Assembly: GCA_964466705.1 (NCBI GenBank) | Contig: CAYXSM010000009.1 | Coordinates: forward strand, 44,308-108,307 | Direction of reading: 5' to 3' | Length of the DNA: 64,000 bases | Origin: an uncultured Rikenellaceae bacterium | GTDB lineage: Bacteria; Bacteroidota; Bacteroidia; Bacteroidales; VadinHA17 | Shown: positions 29,556 through 38,362 of the stretch, piece by piece | Position numbering within the stretch: position 1 is the stretch's first letter | How the letters are laid out: each line of letters starts with the position of its first letter | Position numbers and translations under genes: made by a program | Notes under the pieces: model-generated | The model's input: only the letters and a program-made list of their open reading frames with translations | The model's database searches: none | What the model was told of the DNA's origin: nothing

Positions 29556-31202
29556 CTAATTATACCTGAATGCAACAAGGCTTCTTGGCGGGAGGTTTTT
29601 TACCGCTATGGTGTTCCCATTCCTGCCGAGCGTGGCTTTTGCATCGTAGGGCAGGGATAATATCTGTTTGGCATCTGTCACTGCCGGTAAAGTAAGGCTT
29701 ACATCAACCGGTTCATTGTTAAAATTCTCTATTACGCAACAATCGTCACCATATAGATATAGTCCGACTTTGTTGGGAGCGTCAAATTTCATTCCGAGAG
29801 GTGCCAGCAGTTTATCCCGCATGGGATTAAGTTCTTCCCGGGTAAGCTTGAGAAGGCTTTTAGGTTCTCCCGAGACCTTCAGCGATGACAGGTTCTTATG
29901 CTGCAGGAGATCCTGGTCAGTAAGCCTTATTGCAAGTGCGTCGGTAACAAGCACACTGTTCCCGTTGTTAAGCATGCGCCTCAGTATTTCTGAGAATCCC
30001 GGCTGCTTGAGCATATGCACGGTAAATACGGAAACTTTTGCCAGTTCATTTACCTGGTGTGTTGGCAGCAACGGGAGTCCCAGCATGCCTATGTAACTGT
30101 AAACATAAGGCTCTTCGTAGGGGTGGCTGGCAGGCAGTTTTGGCATATTTATTCCCTTAAGAGGTTTATTGCGCACGATCCTTGCCAGATCGAACAGATG
30201 AGGGAGTTCCTTTCTGAATGCTTCAACATTGGCTACACCGGTGCCTTCCCATCCGTCATATTTATTTGATGGCGAAATTAGATTGCTGTAACAGAACAGC
30301 ATGAGTTCCTTTGCATCTGCCAGTACCGTTTGCCGTGCCTGCTCAAGATATGTGTCGGATGTGGTTCCCAGTGCATCAAACCAACCTCCTCCGGTTTTGT
30401 CACCGCCAAGGCCGCCAAGCCAGCGCATAATGAAATATGCATTATATTGTACCGTACCTCCCGGCCTTATATCAAAATCGTAGTCGCGTGTCTCTGTGCC
30501 GACATATATGTGATCAAAATCTTCAGTTTGCCGGTCCACTACATATCCACGGTCATGAAACCTGTCATACCATAGAGGATATTTTATTATTATCCTTGCG
30601 TTGGGGTTCACGGCTTTTGAAGCCTTCAGTATTCGCTCACGGCTCACTTTGACCATCAGGTCGCTGTAATAATCGGACCATTGCTGATGACCTTTTGCAT
30701 TATAGCATTCTTCACAGGTGCAGTCGGTGAACAGAAAGTCATCTACCATTATCTCATCGAACATTGAGGCTGTGTATTCAAATATCTTCTGAAGCTCTTC
30801 CTGTGTCCCCCTATTTGTATAACAGGAAATAACATTCCACCCCCCGGCTGAAATTTTAGCAATCTGGGTGGGAGTAACACATCCTGAAACCTCAAAACCC
30901 TCACTGAGAAAACGGTCTCTGGCAGTTACAAGATCTTCACGTGTGGCATAATAGTTATTTCTGAACGATTCAATATATACTTTTGTAATGCCTGTCTTTT
31001 TGCACCAGTCAACAGCGAAATCAAGCCCGTCAGGCTTGGAAAGGTGGTCTCTTACGTTCTGGGCCGTAAATAATGTGGTTACTGTCAGGATGTCCTTGTT
31101 TTTCCTGGCAATGTCCAGGAGTGATTGTGATAAGGCTGGTACCTGAACGAGAAAAATGGCTGCAATTACCATAACAGCACCGAATGATAATTTCTTTGTC
31201 AT
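29556..31202 (-). CDS. Secreted protein of unknown function; possible glycoside-hydrolase-like TIM barrel
   Basis: 548 aa. Sec signal MTKKLSFGAVMVIAAIFLVQVPALSQ. Coding status is clear: a long ORF with no competing frame. I do not recognise a named family. VDDFLFTDCTCEECYNAKG is loosely reminiscent of GHL-type TIM barrels. Confidence 0.5.
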   Translation of the reverse strand: MTKKLSFGAVMVIAAIFLVQVPALSQSLLDIARKNKDILTVTTLFTAQNVRDHLSKPDGLDFAVDWCKKTGITKVYIESFRNNYYATREDLVTARDRFLSEGFEVSGCVTPTQIAKISAGGWNVISCYTNRGTQEELQKIFEYTASMFDEIMVDDFLFTDCTCEECYNAKGHQQWSDYYSDLMVKVSRERILKASKAVNPNARIIIKYPLWYDRFHDRGYVVDRQTEDFDHIYVGTETRDYDFDIRPGGTVQYNAYFIMRWLGGLGGDKTGGGWFDALGTTSDTYLEQARQTVLADAKELMLFCYSNLISPSNKYDGWEGTGVANVEAFRKELPHLFDLARIVRNKPLKGINMPKLPASHPYEEPYVYSYIGMLGLPLLPTHQVNELAKVSVFTVHMLKQPGFSEILRRMLNNGNSVLVTDALAIRLTDQDLLQHKNLSSLKVSGEPKSLLKLTREELNPMRDKLLAPLGMKFDAPNKVGLYLYGDDCCVIENFNNEPVDVSLTLPAVTDAKQILSLPYDAKATLGRNGNTIAVKNLPPRSLVAFRYN

Positions 31203-31455
31203 TTTTTATGGTTTTAGTGTGGTTTAATCAAAATTCAATGTAAATTTTAAGAAAATAATTTGAATTTTGCAACTTCCGGCACATAAGGATGCATGGGTCT
31301 TGAAGACCGGATCCTTAATGTTTTCATGGATAAGGAGCCATAAAAATCAGGATCATGTTTTTCCGGCTCCTCTTTTAATTACAGATTTTAAAATTCAAAA
31401 AAAATTTATTAACTTTAATATAATGAACCCTTTTAATCCGGAAGTAAAAGCACCC

Positions 31456-32643
31456 ATGAAAAGAAATCTCTTAATAATGTCATTGTCAGCCCTGCTGATC
31501 TGTTATTCCTGCACTTCACAAAAGCCAATGGAGGATATCATTAATGAATCGTTATCATTTGCAGTAAAGCAATATGGACTGATGACTGATGTGATCAGGG
31601 AAATACCCGATGAACTGCCCAGGACCCTGGATGACCAGGGAAACCTTATCACTGTCAGGTCCGGCTGGTGGACAAGTGGTTTTTTCCCCGGAAGCCTGTG
31701 GTACCTTTATGAATTTACGGCTGATCAGCAGCTGAAAGATGACGCCATCCTGATAAGTTCGCGGGTGGAAAGGGAAAAATATACTACAAACAATCATGAT
31801 GTAGGATTTATTCTTTACTGCAGCTACGGAAACGGATTGAGGCTCACCGGCGAAGAGAGCTACACTGAAGTTCTTCTTACGGGTGCAAGGTCTCTGAGCA
31901 AGCGGTTCAGACCAAACATTGGAACCATACAGTCGTGGGCGGCCACACCCGCATGGCAATGCCCGGTTATTGTTGACAACATGATGAACCTCGAGCTTCT
32001 TATGTGGGCTTTCAAGAAATCGGGCGACTCGTCATTTTATAAAATAGCCGTAAAACATTCTGACACAACGATGAAGAATCATTACAGACCAGATCACAGT
32101 GCATATCATGTGGTATCATATGACACAATCACGGGTCAGGTTGAAGCTAAACAGACCCATCAGGGTTTTTCGGACGAGTCAGACTGGGCGCGCGGTCAAA
32201 GCTGGGGTCTTTATGGTTTTGTGATGATGTACAGGGAAACGGGACTGTACAGGTATCTCGAGCACGCGATAAATATTGCAGATTTTCTTACGGGTCACCC
32301 GGGCATGCCGGATGATATGATACCTTACTGGGACTACGATGCACCCGGTATCCCTGATGCAAAAAGAGATGCCTCAGCCGGGGCAATAATGGCATCTGCG
32401 CTTACTGAACTTGGCGGATATGTTGATAATGACAGGAAAAGCAGGTATCTTGAGGTTGCCGGAAAACAGTTGCGAAGCCTTTCTTCACCCGCGTACCGGG
32501 CAGGCCCTGGAGAAAACGGAAACTTCATCCTGAAACACAGTGTGGGGTCACTTCCTGCCGGCAGCGAAGTTGATGTGCCGCTTACCTACGCCGATTATTA
32601 TTACATAGAAGCATTGCTGAGGTACAGAAAACTATTGCGATAA
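31456..32643 (+). CDS. Glycoside hydrolase family 88 (unsaturated glucuronyl/galacturonyl hydrolase), lipoprotein
   Basis: The track ORF starts at 31267. Met at 31456 gives MKRNLLIMSLSALLICYSC; 31423 is also possible. WWTSGFFPGSLWYLYEFT, NNHDVGFILYCSYGNG, VIVDNMMNLELLMWA and WARGQSWGLYGF are GH88 hallmarks. Confidence 0.85.
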   Translation: MKRNLLIMSLSALLICYSCTSQKPMEDIINESLSFAVKQYGLMTDVIREIPDELPRTLDDQGNLITVRSGWWTSGFFPGSLWYLYEFTADQQLKDDAILISSRVEREKYTTNNHDVGFILYCSYGNGLRLTGEESYTEVLLTGARSLSKRFRPNIGTIQSWAATPAWQCPVIVDNMMNLELLMWAFKKSGDSSFYKIAVKHSDTTMKNHYRPDHSAYHVVSYDTITGQVEAKQTHQGFSDESDWARGQSWGLYGFVMMYRETGLYRYLEHAINIADFLTGHPGMPDDMIPYWDYDAPGIPDAKRDASAGAIMASALTELGGYVDNDRKSRYLEVAGKQLRSLSSPAYRAGPGENGNFILKHSVGSLPAGSEVDVPLTYADYYYIEALLRYRKLLR

Positions 32644-32663
32644 GCCTTCAGGGCAAAAGCATA

Positions 32664-33698
32664 TTAGAAATCAACCAATGCCTTCATAACTCCGTCACCG
32701 TAATCTGCTACGAGGTCAAATGCTTTTCTTGTGTCAGCAAAAGAGAATCTGTGGGTGATCATATTTTTTACACTGACTCTTCCTGAATTCATCAGTTCCA
32801 GGGCGGTTTCCACACAATCTACCTGTCTTCTGACAAATTGTATCTCAATTTCCTTGCGGCGTGTAAGGTCAACATTAAAAGACCAGTTCTCAAATCCGGG
32901 GATTCCCACCACCATCAGTCTGCCGCCCGGCTTCAGCAGCTCGATCGACTGATCCGCAGCTTCCTGCTTGCCACAGCATTCAAAGACTATATCAAGGCCT
33001 GAAGGCACCTTGTTTAATATACTTTCAACAATGTTTTCATTGTCAGGGTTTCCGGCCCAGGAGACCTTTTCACGCTCCGCAATTGATAACCTCTCTTTAA
33101 TCCTGTCAGTAACATAAATATGTCCTGCGCCTGACGCTGCGGCTGCCAGCATTACACTCATGCCTATAGGTCCAAAGCCGAGGATGGCTGTATCGGCATT
33201 TTTAATTTTACCGGATTTCTTGACTGCATACACTCCTATGGCAAGCGGTTCAGATATGGCACCATGATCCGTATTAAGATGGCAGCTGAGAGGAAAACAG
33301 CTTTCTTCAGGCATAACAATATACTCCATAAGGCATCCCTCAGCCTGTCCGGGGCAGCCAAGAAATTTCAGGTGCCGGCAGGTATGATGTCTTCCCGAAA
33401 GGCACTGGTCACACTTCCAGCATGGCATTGCCGGTTCAACGGCAACCCGATCGCCGGGCCTGACCCTGGTGACCGAAGATCCGGTTTCGGTAACCACGCC
33501 CGCCCCTTCATGTCCTGCTGCAAACGGGTATGTGACAACCTGGGAACCGATTTTCCCTTTAGTGTAATAGTGTATGTCTGAGCCGCATATACCGACCACC
33601 GACATTTTGATTTTTACATCACCGGGGCGCTTTAACTCAGGTTCAGGAATGTCACTCATTTCCATCTGTCTGATCCCTGTCAGCCTCATTGCCTTCAT
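32664..33698 (-). CDS. Zn-dependent MDR alcohol/polyol dehydrogenase (sorbitol/threonine dehydrogenase-like)
   Basis: GICGSDIHYY, GHEGAGVV, the CxxCxxC-like CWKCDQCLSGRHHTC structural Zn site and the Rossmann GFGPIGMS. I prefer the start at Met 33698 (MKAMRLTG) over 33728. No signal peptide. Confidence 0.85.
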   Translation of the reverse strand: MKAMRLTGIRQMEMSDIPEPELKRPGDVKIKMSVVGICGSDIHYYTKGKIGSQVVTYPFAAGHEGAGVVTETGSSVTRVRPGDRVAVEPAMPCWKCDQCLSGRHHTCRHLKFLGCPGQAEGCLMEYIVMPEESCFPLSCHLNTDHGAISEPLAIGVYAVKKSGKIKNADTAILGFGPIGMSVMLAAAASGAGHIYVTDRIKERLSIAEREKVSWAGNPDNENIVESILNKVPSGLDIVFECCGKQEAADQSIELLKPGGRLMVVGIPGFENWSFNVDLTRRKEIEIQFVRRQVDCVETALELMNSGRVSVKNMITHRFSFADTRKAFDLVADYGDGVMKALVDF

Positions 33699-33760
33699 CG
33701 TGTCCTGTTTTATATTGTATTTGAACAAATATAATTATTAAGGATGATATTCACATCTGT

Positions 33761-35089
33761 TCAGTTACGGGGCCTGTCATATCTGCCTGGTATAAAGGGG
33801 AATTTTTTCGCTGCGTCATCTATCATTTCGACCCCGAATCCTGGTTTATCAGGCAATTCGATATAACCGTTCACGGGAACCAGCGGTTCTTTGAACAATT
33901 CTGTCCGCAAAGGATTGAAGGTCTGGTTTGACTCAAGCATTACCAGGTTGGGAATGCCTGCCGCAAGGGTGGCGTTGGAAACTGTAAGCAGTGCCCCGTG
34001 CCAGTTATGAGGAGCACATAATTGTCCCTGCAGATGGGCCATCCGTGATACATACCATGCTTCAGTGAGACCCATGACCCCTGCATCCGGCTGGACAATA
34101 TCCATGGCGTTACGGTCGATCCATTCCTTGTAATGGAACCGGTTGTCCATCACATCTCCGCCGTAGGAGAGCTTCACGTCTCTCAGGTTGTCCTTGATTT
34201 TCCTGTAATTATCCCTTGCCTGAGGCCCGAGGCGCTCGACAGGGTCCTCAATCCAGATCAGCTTCATCTTTTCAGCCTCAGGAATAAACTGCATTGTCTG
34301 TTCCATATTCCACTGTGCGTTGCACTCCTGGATCAACCCGAAGTCAGTGCCGACAGCTTCCCTTATTTTCCACACCCCGTCAATATATTTTGTCATTGTC
34401 ATTCCACTGACTGACCAGTGGGTTCCCGGCCTGAATTTGTAAGCCCCGAATCCTTTTTGCTTAAGTTCAAGGGCCTCACTGATAAGATTATCGGGCCAGA
34501 TATCACCGTCATACATTTCTCCGGCACTGGCATATACAGGGATTTTTGTCGCAGGTTTATGATCAACCGCCAGAAATTCATAAACAGGCCTGCCTTTTAC
34601 TTTCCCTATAATGTCCCAGAGGGCAGAGTCAACTCCTGCCCACCCAACCATCGGCCCCCTTACTCTTACCCCGCATGTAAGAAACTCTATGTCAAAAGGA
34701 TTCTTTCCTTTTATGGCAGGTCGTATTACTTCTTCAAGGTATTGTTTTACGACGTCCGGGCCCCCATATTGCGTGGCTCCTCCTATACCTGTAATTCCTT
34801 TGTCGGTGAATATTTCCACCAGTATGCTGTCTGTTTTCCAGGCCTTGTACCTCTCAGGGATCCAGTCCAGGTACCATTGCTCCTCTGGTGGCAGTTCATA
34901 TGAAAGCAAAGTAACTTTAAGATCAGTTATTCTGATATTTTCCCTTTCGACACCATCCAGAGGATGATTTCTTGATTTTTCTGACAACCCTGATCCTGTA
35001 TCTGTTCCGCAGGCAGAAAGTCCGGCTGCAGTGCCCAGGCCTGCAAGTGTACCGGTACTTATGAATTTTCGTCTCGACAGTGATTTCAT
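33761..35089 (-). CDS. Enolase-superfamily protein with Tat signal and lipobox
   Basis: 442 aa. N-terminus MKSLSRRKFISTGTLAGLGTAAGLSAC. GITGIGGATQ, LIQECNAQWN and IWIEDPV are MR_MLE-type barrel motifs. Confidence 0.85.
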   Translation of the reverse strand: MKSLSRRKFISTGTLAGLGTAAGLSACGTDTGSGLSEKSRNHPLDGVERENIRITDLKVTLLSYELPPEEQWYLDWIPERYKAWKTDSILVEIFTDKGITGIGGATQYGGPDVVKQYLEEVIRPAIKGKNPFDIEFLTCGVRVRGPMVGWAGVDSALWDIIGKVKGRPVYEFLAVDHKPATKIPVYASAGEMYDGDIWPDNLISEALELKQKGFGAYKFRPGTHWSVSGMTMTKYIDGVWKIREAVGTDFGLIQECNAQWNMEQTMQFIPEAEKMKLIWIEDPVERLGPQARDNYRKIKDNLRDVKLSYGGDVMDNRFHYKEWIDRNAMDIVQPDAGVMGLTEAWYVSRMAHLQGQLCAPHNWHGALLTVSNATLAAGIPNLVMLESNQTFNPLRTELFKEPLVPVNGYIELPDKPGFGVEMIDDAAKKFPFIPGRYDRPRN

Positions 35090-35403
35090 GATATAAATTG
35101 TTTGATTGGAAATTATTTAATGTTCCGGTGGAAAATTTTAAATATTAACACTGTATAAAATATTATTTACAACGTTCATTTCTTGTATCTTAAGGGAAGA
35201 ACGCACACTTCCGGGTATGACGACTGAAAAAACCACCTGATTCAAAAATCATGGAAAAAAAAGGAAATCATTCAGTTGGTCGTCCATATTATTATATTTA
35301 CGGCAATTCCTGTCTTATAAAATTAATCAAAGACTTCATATCCCTGCCCATGAAAAGCTTTTACTTTTATGCGGAGGGTAAAATTTCGTATATTCACTTC
35401 GTA

Positions 35404-35961
35404 ATGAAGATGACAGGAATGAGAATTATAAAGGAAGATTCTGCTGCAATATTGATTGACATTCAGGAGAAACTGTTTCCCCACATGGCGGATGGAGACA
35501 ATCTCAGGAAGAATTGTCTGAAACTTATTGACGGGTTGCAGGCCCTTTCAGTGCCGATTCTGGTGACACAGCAGTACACAAAAGGTCTGGGGCCTACCAT
35601 TGGGCCGATTGCAGTCAGATTTGCCGAATTCAGCTTTTCTGAAAAGATATCTTTCAGCTGCTGCGATGATCCCGGAATAAATGAGAAGATTCTCAGGCTG
35701 CAAAGAAAAAATATTGTTCTCTTTGGCATTGAAGCACATGTATGTGTCCTTCAGACCTGCATAGATTTGCTGGAGAGAGACCTCATGCCCGTTATTGTGG
35801 AAGACTGTATTTCTTCGCGGAACCTGAATGACAAAAGAACAGCTGTCGGAAGAATGAGCAGGGAGGGAGCTGTTGTGACAACTGCCGAGAGCCTGCTTTT
35901 TGAGCTGACCCGGCAGGCCGGCAGTGAAACATTCAAAAAAATTTCTGGTATAGTAAAATAA
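35404..35961 (+). CDS. Isochorismatase-family cysteine hydrolase
   Basis: The track ORF starts at 35251. Mets at 35404, 35410 and 35419 give the usual 180-185 aa. AILIDIQEKLF, VLFGIEAHVCVLQT (catalytic Cys) and the family length fit. Confidence 0.8.
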   Translation: MKMTGMRIIKEDSAAILIDIQEKLFPHMADGDNLRKNCLKLIDGLQALSVPILVTQQYTKGLGPTIGPIAVRFAEFSFSEKISFSCCDDPGINEKILRLQRKNIVLFGIEAHVCVLQTCIDLLERDLMPVIVEDCISSRNLNDKRTAVGRMSREGAVVTTAESLLFELTRQAGSETFKKISGIVK

Positions 35962-35970
35962 AAGTCAGCA

Positions 35971-36897
35971 ATGAGAAAAATATATGCAATCGGCGAAACA
36001 GTATTCGACATAATCTTTAAAAATGACCAGCCCCGGGCCGCAAAGCCTGGGGGCGCAATGCTTAACAGTGCTGTGTCACTGGGCAGAATAGGATTGCCTG
36101 TCTCATTTATAAGTGAATACGGTGATGACAATGTCGGAAGCCTTATCGACAGATTTCTGAATGACAATGGTGTGAATACGTCGCACATCGATCACTTTAC
36201 CGAAGGAAAAACAGGCTTGGCTCTCGCCTTCCTTGATGAAAAGAATGATGCAAGCTATACTTTCTATAAAAATTATCCGGACAGGAGGCTTGAGATCCAA
36301 TTTCCCGATATTTTAAAGGACGACCTGATATTATGCGGCTCCATTTATGCGATAACCCCTGATATCAGGACAAAGTTCAGGTCTTTTACGGAAAAATCGG
36401 CCACGAACGGGGCAATAGTTGTTTATGATCCCAATTTCCGCAAGGCGCATTCTTCGGACCTGGAGAAGCTGTTGCCCCTGATGATCGAAAACATGCAGGT
36501 TGCTTCGATAGTCAGAGGATCGGATGAGGATTTCAGGAATATCTGCGGAGCCGCTACACCCGATGAAGCCTGGGCATTTGTTAGTAAATTCTCCGGCTGC
36601 CTGGTATATACTGCCAGCTCCGAAGGTGTTTATGTGAGGACCGTAAACTTCAGCGGAAAATTCCCGGTCAGACAGATAGATCCTGTCAGTACGATAGGGG
36701 CCGGGGATAATTTTAACGCCGGCATGATAGCTGCAATTTATCTTAATGGAATATCCGCAGAACAGATCGATAAGATGGGAGAGGAAAAATGGTCGAAGGT
36801 TATTTTCATGGGGGTGGATTTTGCAACCGACGTTTGCATGAGCTATGAGAATTATGTTTCAGCAGAGTTTGCCGCCGGAATGAGAGCGAACAATTAA
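35971..36897 (+). CDS. PfkB-family carbohydrate kinase (fructokinase-like)
   Basis: 308 aa. IGETVFDIIF, PGGAMLNSAVSLGRIG and the C-terminal TIGAGDNFNAGMI signature. Confidence 0.85.
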   Translation: MRKIYAIGETVFDIIFKNDQPRAAKPGGAMLNSAVSLGRIGLPVSFISEYGDDNVGSLIDRFLNDNGVNTSHIDHFTEGKTGLALAFLDEKNDASYTFYKNYPDRRLEIQFPDILKDDLILCGSIYAITPDIRTKFRSFTEKSATNGAIVVYDPNFRKAHSSDLEKLLPLMIENMQVASIVRGSDEDFRNICGAATPDEAWAFVSKFSGCLVYTASSEGVYVRTVNFSGKFPVRQIDPVSTIGAGDNFNAGMIAAIYLNGISAEQIDKMGEEKWSKVIFMGVDFATDVCMSYENYVSAEFAAGMRANN

Positions 36898-37031
36898 AAG
36901 CCAGGCATGAGACAAAAATAACCGGCATTTGTCATTAGATCAGGAAGATTTATTTATAGTATCTGCAGCGTTCCATTTGGGTCATTCCCTGAGTTGCTTT
37001 ACGGTCAGTTACTTTCTTGCCCCGGCCGGAT

Positions 37032-38294
37032 TCATATCGGCATTGCATTGGCAAGAAGATATTTTTCCGCTTCCATGTTCCAGATGTAGTCATTCTTTTC
37101 AACTATCTCATTCAGATCAGCGTAGAACGGATCATCTTTCCCTTTTTCCTTTAACCCGTGCAGAGAAGTCAGGGGCATTGATATATTTGTATATATCAGC
37201 TTTTTACCACCTGGGATATGCGGCAGGTTGAGCGTGGTCTCAATCACAGAGTCAAGTCCGCCGATATGTGTAACCATTACCGCAGGATTTATTTTATTTT
37301 CAGCCATCAACCTGAGCGACTCGCGCATATCATCTGTATTTCCTCCCGAGGTTCCCATAACATGAGTGAAACCGTAATGAACATTATAAAAATTCAGTTC
37401 GGCATGAAACCCGGGATCTGTAGGTCCTGCGAAGAAGTTCAGGCATCCGTCAAAGCCCAGAATGGCATCACCCTGTTCCACAACCTGCCGGACCGGGGCA
37501 AAAACAAACACATCGTCAAAACCTGTTCCCCCGCTCAGCTCACGAAGGTGGCGAACCGGTTCCTTTACTTTTCCGGTGTTGACATAAACCAGTTTAACGC
37601 CTTCTTTCTCTGCCTGTTCCGGAGTGAATATACACGCAGCCCTGGCAAGCCTGCTGTCATCTATATCGGTAACGACAAGCAAAGAGGGCCTGCGTGACTG
37701 ATGAAGGGCATAGTCTATGGCTCCGAGGCCCATCGGGCCCACCCCGGCAAGGAGAGCCATTTTCCCTCCTTTTCTGATCCCCATATCGTGTTTGTATGTC
37801 CCGGGAGGTACATGATAGCTGGCGTTGAACGCTCCGATTATACATGACATGGGCTCTGACAGGGAGGCCGGGAAAAATGCTTCTCCCTCGTATGGAAGCA
37901 GACAGTCAGCTTCCATGACAATGTCAGGTATAATGATCAAGGTGGCGTTTCCTCCCGTAAACCTGTAGGAGTAACCTGGGGCATCCAGCGTACCGGTGTG
38001 AGCCATGGCCGGTTGTATGGAGAACTTCTGTCCCGGGCTGAATTTGTGTTTCCATTTCTTTCCCACATCGAGCAGCACCCCGGCAAATTCGTGTCCTATA
38101 ATGGTGGGATTTATGTTTACATCATCAGGGACCCTTTTATGATCTGCTCCCTGCAATGCAGCCTTGTGTGATGACATGCATATGCTGTCGGAGACGACCC
38201 TGGCCAGAATCTCATCTTCCCCGATCCCGGGCAGTTCAAACTCTTCAAGCCGAAGGTCCTTTTTGCCGTATAATCTGACTGCTTTTGTTTTCAT
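37032..38294 (-). CDS. MDR Zn-dehydrogenase, about 420-aa type resembling ketose-1-phosphate (sorbose-1-P) reductases
   Basis: 420 aa. VVSDSICMSSHKAALQGADHKRVP, IGHEFAG and the Rossmann LAGVGPMGLG. The subfamily guess rests on my recollection of the N-terminal pattern only. Confidence 0.7.
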   Translation of the reverse strand: MKTKAVRLYGKKDLRLEEFELPGIGEDEILARVVSDSICMSSHKAALQGADHKRVPDDVNINPTIIGHEFAGVLLDVGKKWKHKFSPGQKFSIQPAMAHTGTLDAPGYSYRFTGGNATLIIIPDIVMEADCLLPYEGEAFFPASLSEPMSCIIGAFNASYHVPPGTYKHDMGIRKGGKMALLAGVGPMGLGAIDYALHQSRRPSLLVVTDIDDSRLARAACIFTPEQAEKEGVKLVYVNTGKVKEPVRHLRELSGGTGFDDVFVFAPVRQVVEQGDAILGFDGCLNFFAGPTDPGFHAELNFYNVHYGFTHVMGTSGGNTDDMRESLRLMAENKINPAVMVTHIGGLDSVIETTLNLPHIPGGKKLIYTNISMPLTSLHGLKEKGKDDPFYADLNEIVEKNDYIWNMEAEKYLLANAMPI

Positions 38295-38362
38295 GTTTCT
38301 TCATCAATAGCATCATCATCAATTTGTAAATCCTGTATTTATGACATTACATTACTGTGAGA

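Noticed and set aside
34418-34967. Two overlapping + strand ORFs (161 and 118 aa) opposite the enolase paralog at 33761..35089
   Set aside because: Both are antisense to a clearly homologous gene and show no motifs of their own. The same reasoning applies to 37218..37697, 43221..45272, 25087..25851 and the many other listed antisense ORFs of 60-140 aa.
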